A stretch of DNA of 64,000 nt from Vicinamibacterales bacterium. GTDB lineage: Bacteria > Acidobacteriota > Vicinamibacteria > Vicinamibacterales > UBA2999. The stretch spans positions 9,420-73,419 of the forward strand of contig JBEBFY010000008.1 in NCBI GenBank assembly GCA_040081715.1, in the 5' to 3' direction. A program made the position numbers and the translations under genes. Below, piece by piece: positions 28,352 to 35,951 of this stretch. The notes below the pieces were generated by a model. That model was not told the origin of the DNA. It did not search any database and saw only the letters and a list, made by a program, of their open reading frames with translations. Positions within the stretch are counted from its first letter, which is position 1. The number at the start of each line of letters is the position of its first letter.

Positions 28352-29029
28352 ATGCTGATTCCGTCCATCGACCTGCAGAACGGCCACATCGTCCAGCTCG
28401 TCCAGGGTGAGAAGCTTGCCATCCAGACGGACGACATGGAGCTCTGGATCTCGCGGTTTGCGCGGTTTCCGAAGGTGCAGCTCATCGACCTCGATGCGGC
28501 CATGGGCAAGGCCAGCAACCTCGTGCTCGCCAAGTCGATCTGCGCGCGGCTGCCGTGCCGCATGGGCGGCGGCATCCGGACGGTGGATCGGGCACTCGAG
28601 GTGCTGCAGGCCGGGGCGCACGCCGTCATCGTCAGCTCGTCGCTCTTCAAGGACGGCGCGGTGGACCTGCGTTTTGCCGAAGCGCTCGCGGCCGCGGTCG
28701 GACCCGAGCGCGTGATCGCCGCGGTAGACAGCAAGGGTGGCCAGGTGGTGATCCATGGGTGGAAGACGCCCCTGCCGATCACAGCGGTCGAAGCCGTCAA
28801 GGCCCTGGAGCCCTACTGCGACGAGTTTCTCTACACGCACGTGGACAACGAGGGCCTGATGCAGGGCACCGACATGGACGCCATCATGGCCGTGCACCGC
28901 GCCACGTCGCGCCGCCTCACGGCCGCCGGTGGCATCACGACCCGTGCCGAAATCGACGCCCTCCATGCGGAGGGCATCGACGCCGTGGTCGGCATGGCGA
29001 TCTACACAGGCCATCTCGCCATCGAATAG
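28352..29029 (+). CDS. hisA: HisA-type ProFAR isomerase (short, diverged form)
   Basis: MLIPSIDLQNGHIVQLVQG...LIDLDAAMG...GGGIR..., a 225-aa TIM barrel and the last gene of the operon. Its last 60 nt are duplicated at 33229-33290. Confidence 0.8.
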   Translation: MLIPSIDLQNGHIVQLVQGEKLAIQTDDMELWISRFARFPKVQLIDLDAAMGKASNLVLAKSICARLPCRMGGGIRTVDRALEVLQAGAHAVIVSSSLFKDGAVDLRFAEALAAAVGPERVIAAVDSKGGQVVIHGWKTPLPITAVEAVKALEPYCDEFLYTHVDNEGLMQGTDMDAIMAVHRATSRRLTAAGGITTRAEIDALHAEGIDAVVGMAIYTGHLAIE

Positions 29030-29039
29030 CGTTGAACGT

Positions 29040-29606
29040 TCACCCCTGCTCGAACCGCCGATCGGGGATGAACCACATCACCCCGACCGCCACGTAGCAG
29101 GCGACGCCCAACCAGGGGTTCACGAAGGTCAGTCCGATGCCCACCGCGTAAATGGCAACCGACGCCTTGCCTTTGACGTCCTTGCCAAGCGCGATCGCGA
29201 GAGCCGATGTCGGCCCATGGAGCGACGCGAGCGCCCGCGCCAGTACGAAGTACGCCACTCCCGACGCAAGGCTCACCACGCCGTACAGCACCACAGGCCA
29301 TCGGCTGAAGTGGTTCTCGCCCATCCAGGTCGTCACGAAAGGGAACAGCGACAGCCAGAACAGCAAATGGAGGTTCGCCCAGAGCACGGGTCCGTTGATT
29401 CGATGGGCGGAGTGCAGCATGTGATGGTGGTTGTTCCAGTAGATGCCCACGAACGTGAAGCTCAGCACGTAGCTGAGCAGCACTGGCAGGAGTGGAGCCA
29501 GCGCTCCGAGCGTCTCCCCGTGTGGGACCTGTAGCTCCAACACCATGATGGTGATGATGATCGCGATCACGCCGTCGCTGAAGGCTTCGAGTCGTCCTTT
29601 GGTCAC
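29040..29606 (-). CDS. TMEM175/DUF1211 family potassium channel homologue
   Basis: In-frame GTG at 29606 gives (M)TKGRLEAFSDGVIAIIITIMVLEL (RxxxFSD helix-1 signature) followed by 5 more hydrophobic helices. The longer track ORF fuses it to the tail of an upstream pseudogene. Confidence 0.75.
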   Translation of the reverse strand: MTKGRLEAFSDGVIAIIITIMVLELQVPHGETLGALAPLLPVLLSYVLSFTFVGIYWNNHHHMLHSAHRINGPVLWANLHLLFWLSLFPFVTTWMGENHFSRWPVVLYGVVSLASGVAYFVLARALASLHGPTSALAIALGKDVKGKASVAIYAVGIGLTFVNPWLGVACYVAVGVMWFIPDRRFEQG

Positions 29607-30026
29607 GGCAGATGGTGACCGACGGACTGCCGTCTCGTCCAGCAGGAGTCTGAGCGCGTGCGGTGAGTGGCCACCTGCGCGCACCATGCGCACCCAGAGG
29701 AGCGTCATGTGCTCGAGATGGAGCGCCTGTTCGATGCCGCCGACGTCCAGCGGATCCCAGCCAAGTGCAGCCACGAGTCCCGCCACGACGGCCTTGGCCG
29801 ACGGGTCGTTCCCGCAGAACAGCATGGCCGGCTTCCCAGCGCAGGTCGGGTACGACGAGTCCTCGACGTTCTCGAAGCCGTAGATGCTGAATGCCTTGGA
29901 CCTTCGTGCCTGGCAGCAGGGCCTGCAGCATCTCAGTGCCGGACTGTCGGCTGCCGAGTCCGTGGGTGAGACCCGGACCGACTGGATTGGTGCAGTCGAT
30001 CAGAATCTTGCCTGAGAGGGCATCCG
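29607..30026 (-). pseudogene. NADP oxidoreductase (NADPH-dependent F420 reductase-like, F420_oxidored family) remnant, 5'-truncated and frameshifted
   Basis: One frame reads ...LSGKILIDCTNPVGPGL...LLPGTKV. A second frame continues KAFSIYGFENVEDSSYPTCAGKPAMLFCGNDPSAKAVVAGLVAALGWDPLDVGG. The shift is near 29897, and the N-terminus is replaced by repeat copy A. Confidence 0.6.
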
Positions 30027-30086
30027 GACGATAGGAAACATTGGAAGGCTTCCACGAGGTTGTCGCCGCAAATGCGCCCCTCGGCA
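30027..30086 (-). repeat. IS91-family oriIS-like end repeat, copy A (internally deleted)
   Basis: GACGATAGGAAACATTGGAAGGCTTCCACGAGGTTG + TCGCCGCAAATGCGCCCCTCGGCA. It matches copy B at both ends but lacks about 41 nt in the middle. Confidence 0.55.
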
Positions 30087-30158
30087 CGGAATGGGATGAC
30101 GCGATGGAGACCACCAGGAATCGGGTGCGCGACGCCACTGCCCCGTGGGCTGCGTCCG

Positions 30159-31127
30159 TCAGGTCCGCGGGTCTTGATCGACTCTGCGCAAGGCCGGCCG
30201 ATCACCGAACGTGAACTGAATCTGCTCCCGCCGGCGTCCCTCGAGAAACTCACCCCGGCGATGGAAGCCCATCACGTTGGCAAAGATCAGCGTGTTTGCC
30301 TTCCCACAGACCGGCGCCTCGACGATGCCCATCGCACGACGCTGCGACTCGGTCGGTAAACGAACCAGACACCCGGGCACGGTGGTCCGGTATCCGAGAC
30401 CTTCACTCTTCGCCCGGGCGACCCGGACACTGACGTCGTATTCGTGCGCGAGCCTGCCGAGGTTCAATTGCGTCGAGCCCTTGGCGAAGACGATGGCACC
30501 GTTGGTCTCGTCGATGTCATTCAGATACAGCCATGCCTTGCTGGATGGGTAGTGCACGTCGGCATGGAGGTAGTTGGTCCCGATGAGGCGTGACGGTGGC
30601 GGCGCCCCCTTCGACTTCGTCATGAAGTTGACGTTCATCCGCATCTCCTCGATGGCGGGAGTCCGAAGCACCGCGGCTGCCAGTCGGCTGAGCCGATCAT
30701 CGCTGCGCAGGCGCTCCCACGCGACCGGCATCTCTCGCTTGTGGCGATTGACGACGAGGTGTTCCTCGATGATGAAATTGTCCTCGACCACTTCGGACGT
30801 GAAGAGCCCGGCCTGGTAGCAGGTGTCGCACTCGGCCTTGACGCGTGCGAAGACGTCGGCCGGGAAGAAGTTCTCGATCGCGACAACGCCGTCCCGTTCG
30901 AACGCGTCCACGTAGGCCTTCAGGTCGGCGTCCGCGGCGCGCTTGCGGAGACGCCACGTCAGGTTCAATGTCGCAATGCGCGCGAACTGCAGTCCGAGCC
31001 GGTTGGCGAGCACCGAGCCGTCATGGTACCCACCGCCCGCAAGAATCTCCGGGCCGTACCAGGCCTTATAGCCCTCCGTCTTTGGCTGGCTCACTTCATG
31101 AGGCAGGCCCGCCACGCGTTCGCTCAT
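30159..31127 (-). CDS. Phytanoyl-CoA dioxygenase (PhyH) family Fe(II)/2-oxoglutarate oxygenase
   Basis: ATG at 31127 is preceded by AAGGGAGG. The motif region NYLHADVHYPSSKAWLYLNDIDETNGAIVFAKGS fits the PhyH HxD...H facial triad context. Confidence 0.65.
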   Translation of the reverse strand: MSERVAGLPHEVSQPKTEGYKAWYGPEILAGGGYHDGSVLANRLGLQFARIATLNLTWRLRKRAADADLKAYVDAFERDGVVAIENFFPADVFARVKAECDTCYQAGLFTSEVVEDNFIIEEHLVVNRHKREMPVAWERLRSDDRLSRLAAAVLRTPAIEEMRMNVNFMTKSKGAPPPSRLIGTNYLHADVHYPSSKAWLYLNDIDETNGAIVFAKGSTQLNLGRLAHEYDVSVRVARAKSEGLGYRTTVPGCLVRLPTESQRRAMGIVEAPVCGKANTLIFANVMGFHRRGEFLEGRRREQIQFTFGDRPALRRVDQDPRT

Positions 31128-31206
31128 CTTGCCTCCCTTGATCCGCCGCCTTCTGGAAACGCCAGTATAACTGCCGGGACAGTCGTGATTGAGTCGGCGC
31201 AGCCGC

Positions 31207-31455
31207 ATGAGCCAGGCATCCACGAAGGCAAGCGAGAAGAACTACATCACACCGATCGGCTACCAGCGACTCCTGGACGAGCGACGGTTTCTGCTCACCA
31301 GGGAACGGCGGGCGGTGACTGCGGTGGTGGCGTGGGCAGCGAGCAACGGCGACCGCAGCGAGAATGCCGATTATCAGTTACGGCAAGCGTCGGCTGCGCG
31401 AAATCTACCGGCGGATCCGCTTTCTCACCAAACGCATCGATGCCGCTGGACGATA
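31207..31455 (+). pseudogene. greB: greB/greA-type transcript cleavage factor N-terminal fragment (frameshifted, 3'-truncated)
   Basis: KNYITPIGYQRLLDERRFLL...VAWAASNGDRSENADYQ resembles the GreB N-terminus. After about 31378 the homologous reading (YGKRRLREIYRRIRFLTKRID) continues in another frame and stops at the edge of repeat copy B. Confidence 0.7.
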
Positions 31456-31552
31456 GGAAACATTAGAAGGCTTCCACGGGGTTGGCGCCGCTAACGGAAG
31501 ACCCCTGATGCGACCTTGGGTCAGGCCGTCGCCGTAAATTCGCCCCTCGGCA
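31449..31552 (-). repeat. IS91-family oriIS-like end repeat, copy B
   Basis: 81 of 84 nt are identical to copy C by my alignment. It then shares a further 25-nt segment with copy A. Confidence 0.6.
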
Positions 31553-31837
31553 GCTTTCATCTGCCGAGCAGCGCGCAACGTCACAGAACTTCGAGCGGCC
31601 CTCGATCAGTGGCACATTGCCGCGATGCCGCGCACCGACGACCGCGGGTTCTGGCTCCACGTGCTCGACTGGCTGTCGAAGTATGCGGACCATGAACCCG
31701 GTTGGGCCGATGGATGTCTCGCAGTGCTGTCCGGGCGCGACGCGAACCTGAAAGTGTGGACGTATGACCGCGAGTTCCGCACGAGGTGGCGACGCCCAGA
31801 CGGGACCGCGATTCCGATGGCCGTCAACGGAGGCTGA
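31538..31837 (+). pseudogene. PIN-domain (VapC-like) toxin C-terminal fragment
   Basis: ...LDWLSKYADHEPGWADGCLAVLSGRDANLKVWTYDREF matches the C-terminal half of VapC toxins. The N-terminal half is absent, and the frame opens right at repeat copy B. Confidence 0.45.
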
Positions 31838-32074
31838 CCCCGAGCCCTTGAGCCCGGCGTGGATTGTGCCTGGTGGGCTTGCGGGCGGGACCACTTCGTG
31901 CAACAGCGATCTGGCGCCCCATCCCGGTCAGCGGGGATTCCTAAACACTGGCCGACTTCCCAGGAGAAAGTCCGCCGCGAGCGCGTGTTTCAGAACAGGG
32001 ATGGGCGTCCTCGGCCCAGCCGAGCACGACGCCTATGTGCGAACCATCGGCACGGTTGCTTTACACTCCCGCCC

Positions 32075-32587
32075 ATGGCCACCATCAACCGCCGCATCAC
32101 CGCCTCGCTCGAGGGCGACTTCGTCGTCTTCATCATCGGCGCACGTTTCAACCGCTGGTGGAAGCTGCCCAGGTATCTTTGGTTCTTCTCAACCATGCCG
32201 AAGATGCTCGCAGAGGTCGCTGCGAAACCCGAGAGCGGCTTTCTGGGATGGGAGTCCCTGAGCCTCACGACGAACGTGCAGTACTGGCGGTCGTTCGAGC
32301 ACCTGACCGCGTACTCCCGTAATCGCGACCAGACCCATTACCCATACTGGGTGAAGTTCAACAAAGAAGTCGGCTCGAATGGCGACATCGGCATCTGGCA
32401 CGAGACGTTCCTCGTGCGCGCAGGCGAGTACGAATGCATCTACAACAACATGCCCTTGCGAGGCCTTGCGAAAGCCTCCAAACACATCGATGCCGTCGGA
32501 CGCGCAGGCACCGCCATGGGACGACTAGGCCGCACGGATGGCAGCGATGCCCCGGTCTCCGAAGGTGGAACCGAGCGCGGCGCGTGA
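32075..32587 (+). CDS. DUF4188 domain protein
   Basis: ATG at 32075 gives [30 protein letters not shown]...[16 protein letters not shown]...[22 protein letters not shown], as I recall the DUF4188 family pattern. Confidence 0.6.
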   Translation: MATINRRITASLEGDFVVFIIGARFNRWWKLPRYLWFFSTMPKMLAEVAAKPESGFLGWESLSLTTNVQYWRSFEHLTAYSRNRDQTHYPYWVKFNKEVGSNGDIGIWHETFLVRAGEYECIYNNMPLRGLAKASKHIDAVGRAGTAMGRLGRTDGSDAPVSEGGTERGA

Positions 32588-32781
32588 CGCGACGCGGCTG
32601 AGCGCCCCGATTTGTCGGCACGAGGCGCGTCAGTGTCTCCACTCCACACAGCGCGATCCGATGCGTGTCGCTCGCTATACTCGGTCGAGCCCGATGCAAC
32701 CGCGCTGTGGCCGCCAGGCCGTCACTCATCTGGGCGCTGCCGGGGTCTGGCTGCGTCGCATAACAGGCATTGCGTTGACGT

Positions 32782-32865
32782 GACGATAGGAAACATTAGA
32801 AGGCTTCCACGGGGTTGGCGCCGTTAACGGAAGACCCCTTATGTGACCTTGGGTCAGGCCGTCGC
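32782..32865 (-). repeat. IS91-family oriIS-like end repeat, copy C (adjacent to a transposase 3' remnant)
   Basis: The minus strand reads ...GGAAGCCTTCTAATGTTTCCTATCGTC. It lies about 100 nt beyond the stop of the IS91-type transposase fragment, the position expected for oriIS. Confidence 0.6.
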
Positions 32866-32964
32866 GCGGGCCGTTCCTCGCCACGGAGGCACACCTCCGG
32901 CTCCCCTGATGCCAACGGTGTCGTGAGGCCAGGGCCTCTCCTCGGGCGTGACGGGCGCGGACGC

Positions 32965-33183
32965 CTACGCGTCGCGGTCGCGGAGTGGCGGTGCGCGTGC
33001 GGGCCTCGCCTGAGGCACTTCGATGGGGAGATCCAAGTGCCGCAAGATGCGCTGCGTCACGGCCGACTCGTCGAGGAGCGCGATCAAGCGCAGGCGGCCG
33101 CCACACCTGGGACACGCCAGGACGTCGAACCCGAAGGTGCGTTCCATCAGCGACGCCCACCACTGGCCGCGAGCGTGGCGCCG
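32965..33183 (-). mobile_element. IS91 family (Y2 HUH, rolling-circle) transposase, C-terminal fragment only
   Basis: WWASLMERTFGFDVLACPRCGGRLRLIALLDESAVTQRILRHLDLPIEVPQARPARAPP matches the characteristic C-terminal CPxCGG...ILxHLxLP tail of IS91-family transposases. Everything upstream is missing. Confidence 0.65.
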
Positions 33184-33228
33184 AACCACGTCCGCCCGCC
33201 AGGCCGCCCGCGGCCACGCGCAAGGCCC

Positions 33229-33293
33229 TGCGGAGGGCATCGACGCCGTGGTTCGGCATGGCGATCTACACCGGCCATCTCGCCCTCGACTGA
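33229..33293 (+). pseudogene. Duplicated hisA 3' end (remnant, 1-nt insertion)
   Basis: About 58 of 61 aligned nt match 28966-29026, with one extra T. It encodes GIDAVV / GMAIYTGHLALD* versus the hisA tail GIDAVVGMAIYTGHLAIE*. Confidence 0.85.
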
Positions 33294-33319
33294 CTGGGTC
33301 CGTACGGTAGAGTCCTCGC

Positions 33320-34612
33320 GTGTCCGTGCTTCGTCAGTTGGGACTCGACCGCCGCGAGTTGCGGGCGTGGGCCATGTACGACTGGGCGAACTCGGCGTAT
33401 CAGTGCACGATCGTCACGGCGGTCTTCCCGCTCTTCTTCAGCGAGGTGGCGGCGGCACACCTCCCGCCCGTCGTCGCAACGCAGCGCTTCGCCTGGGTGA
33501 CGACGATCGGGGCTGCCGTCGTGGCGGTACTGGGACCGCTGCTGGGCGTAGTAGCCGATTTCCGCGCCGTGAAGAAGACACTCCTGACAGCATGCGTGGC
33601 CCTCGGTGCGATCTCCGCTGGCGCCATGGTGTTCATCGACCGGGGCGAGTGGCTGCTGGCTTTGGGGCTGTTTCTCGTCGCCAACATCGCCATCGCCACC
33701 AGCTTCGTCTTCTACGACGCCCTCCTCCCCCACATCGCCACACCGCGCGAGATGGACCGTGTGTCCACCTCCGGCTACGCGCTCGGGTACATCGGAGGCG
33801 GTGTGCTGCTGGCCATCAACCTGGCCTGGATCATGTTCCCTGCCTCGTGGGGCCTCTCGGGGACCGTGATGGCCATCAAGCTCTCCTTTGTCAGCGTGGC
33901 CGTCTGGTGGGCCGTCTTCACGCTGCCACTTCTGTTCACCGTCCCCGAACCCCCGGCGGCGCGGCCGGAACCCGGTACGGAATCTCGTGTCCCGGTCGTG
34001 GCCCAGGCCATTCGGACTTTCCGTGAACTGCGTGGCTACAGGAACGCCTTCTGGCTGCTGGTGGCCTTCCTCCTCTACAACGACGGCATCCAGACCATGA
34101 TCAAAATGGCCTCCGTCTACGGGTCCGAGATTGGTATCGGCCGCAACGCCCAGATCGCGGCGTTCGTCGTGGTGCAGTTCGTGGGCGTGCCGTTCGCGTT
34201 TCTGTTCGGCGTGCTCGCCAACCGGGTGGGTCCGAAGCCGGCGCTGTACGGCGCGATTGCGGTCTACGTGGTCATCGCGCTCATCGGCTACGGCATGACG
34301 AGCACGTTCGAGTTCTTCCTGCTCGCGGTCCTGGTGGGGATGGTGCAGGGCGGGGCGCAGGCGCTCAGCCGATCGATGTTCGCCAGGATGATTCCGCCGG
34401 ACCGGTCGTCGGAGTACTTCGGGTTCTTCTCGGTATTCGAGAAGTTCGCGGGCATCCTCGGCCCGCTGGCCTTCGGATCCGCGGTTGCCCTGACCGGGTC
34501 CAGCCGCCCCGCCGTGCTGATGCTGGTCGTCTTCTTCGTGCTCGGGGCCCTCGTGCTGACACGCGTGGATCTTGCGGAAGGCGAGCGGCAGGTGGCCGAC
34601 GCGCTCATCTAA
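33320..34612 (+). CDS. MFS transporter, UMF1/Atg22-like family
   Basis: N-terminal RELRAWAMYDWANSAYQCTIVTAVFPLFF and about 12 hydrophobic helices. Confidence 0.8.
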   Translation: MSVLRQLGLDRRELRAWAMYDWANSAYQCTIVTAVFPLFFSEVAAAHLPPVVATQRFAWVTTIGAAVVAVLGPLLGVVADFRAVKKTLLTACVALGAISAGAMVFIDRGEWLLALGLFLVANIAIATSFVFYDALLPHIATPREMDRVSTSGYALGYIGGGVLLAINLAWIMFPASWGLSGTVMAIKLSFVSVAVWWAVFTLPLLFTVPEPPAARPEPGTESRVPVVAQAIRTFRELRGYRNAFWLLVAFLLYNDGIQTMIKMASVYGSEIGIGRNAQIAAFVVVQFVGVPFAFLFGVLANRVGPKPALYGAIAVYVVIALIGYGMTSTFEFFLLAVLVGMVQGGAQALSRSMFARMIPPDRSSEYFGFFSVFEKFAGILGPLAFGSAVALTGSSRPAVLMLVVFFVLGALVLTRVDLAEGERQVADALI

Positions 34613-34640
34613 ACAAAGCGGCTAAATACTTCCGCTGGTG

Positions 34641-35126
34641 TCACCGGCCCACAGTCGTGCGGATGCGCGCCAAGTGGTGCCAGCTATGCCGAACCGCGTG
34701 GTCCTCAAGTACGAACTGTGCAGTGACCGGCGCGCCGAAGCTCAGCGAGAAGGGCGCCGCTCGATCGAGCTGCTCATCGCTGAACGCGTGGACCGCTTCG
34801 GCCGCCTGCCGACTGTTCTGACGCAGCAGATCGAGAGCGGCGGTCTTCGTTGTGGTGGAGTGCTCGCGCGCATGGTTCGCATTCAACTCAGCGACAACAG
34901 GCCACGTGACATCGATGACTGCCTTGCCGTCGGCAATCGAACGCGCCAAATCTATTTCGATGGGGTACACGAGGGCGACGTGATTCACGACCTGGCCCAC
35001 CGTCCGACGGTCCGTAGCTGAGATCGGAGTCTCCCATTCAGCGGCAGAGAGTCCTTCCGCAAAGGCAGCCAGCCCGGCAGCACCCTCCTCGATGCGGGCG
35101 GCAAGGGATTCAGCGCGACGACTCAT
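34641..35126 (-). CDS. DinB superfamily protein
   Basis: A 161-aa four-helix pattern with conserved His positions (VVNHVALVY ... EDHAVRHSWHHLARI). Confidence 0.65.
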   Translation of the reverse strand: MSRRAESLAARIEEGAAGLAAFAEGLSAAEWETPISATDRRTVGQVVNHVALVYPIEIDLARSIADGKAVIDVTWPVVAELNANHAREHSTTTKTAALDLLRQNSRQAAEAVHAFSDEQLDRAAPFSLSFGAPVTAQFVLEDHAVRHSWHHLARIRTTVGR

Positions 35127-35299
35127 TCCATGTCTCCTTTGGTTGTGGTCGAACCTATAGTCGAACCTGCCAATTGACTCACGTATCAGGGGCCTGCACC
35201 AGGCAGCCAGCTTGCGCCCAACGTGGCAAAGGATCCGCGCCCGCCGCGGAGCGTGAGCGGGATGCGGGCGTCGGCTCCATTTGGTTGTTGGGCCGCTGG

Positions 35300-35593
35300 T
35301 CAGAGCATTGCCGGAAACTCTTTGGATGAGTGATGAACCGTCAAGATGTGGATTTCGTTGTGGCCGACCAATCGGTAGATGATTCGGTACGGGCGGTGCA
35401 CGACTTCCCGGACCAAGACGTCATCGAATTCTTGAACGGCTCTGCCGGACTCGGGAAAGGGAACCAGTCGATCCGTCGCCGCGACCAGGCGAGCAACAAC
35501 GACTGCTGCGTAGTGGGGTGAGTCTTGACCGATGAACGTGCGAATCGCAGCCAGGTCGGCCTGCGCCTGCTTCGTCCAAAGGACCTCTCTCAC
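35300..35593 (-). CDS. RelE/ParE family toxin
   Basis: GTG at 35593 overlaps the antitoxin stop (GTGA). WTKQAQADLAAIRTFI...FPESGR...RPYRIIYRL.G..I.ILTVHHSS is ParE-like. Confidence 0.8.
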   Translation of the reverse strand: MREVLWTKQAQADLAAIRTFIGQDSPHYAAVVVARLVAATDRLVPFPESGRAVQEFDDVLVREVVHRPYRIIYRLVGHNEIHILTVHHSSKEFPAML

Positions 35594-35793
35594 GACAAGA
35601 ACTGTCTCTTGATGTCGTCGTGCGACACCAATTGGCGCGCGTCGGATTGCCGAATACCTTCTTCGATCTTCGCGACGACACACAGCCGCTCGATGGCGTC
35701 CTCGATAGTCGCCTGTTCGGGCAGAGCCTGAAGTGCCTCGATGGCGCGCTGTTTTTCGGTAGGTTCCATGCTTATGATTTTACCATCGTCCAC
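35590..35793 (-). CDS. Putative antitoxin, partner of the ParE-like toxin
   Basis: Small acidic protein translationally coupled to the toxin. The family is not recognised with certainty. Confidence 0.6.
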   Translation of the reverse strand: MDDGKIISMEPTEKQRAIEALQALPEQATIEDAIERLCVVAKIEEGIRQSDARQLVSHDDIKRQFLS

Positions 35794-35951
35794 TTGAGTG
35801 GTCCGTGCTTGTCGTCAGCCCTACGTGCCAACTGAGCCGCGCGCTGCGGGGACACGATCAAACGGACCGCCGAGCGCGTCGGCTCCAGTTAGAGGTTAGC
35901 CCGTGTCACCTATCTTCCCGGTTGCTCAACCCGCGAACTGATGATGCGGAC

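Noticed and set aside
29040-29825. A 261-aa natural fusion protein (oxidoreductase tail + TMEM175 channel).
   Set aside because: The N-terminal 62 aa are only the extreme C-terminus of an enzyme whose upstream part is frameshifted and truncated. A GTG at 29606 gives a canonical TMEM175 N-terminus.
30027-32865. The three repeats interpreted as integron attC sites, with the islet as a cassette array.
   Set aside because: There is no intI gene. The RYYYAAC / GTTRRRY core sites are not matched (GCTAAC/GTTAAC lack the required pattern). The repeats abut truncated genes rather than complete promoterless cassettes. The IS91-like end interpretation fits better.
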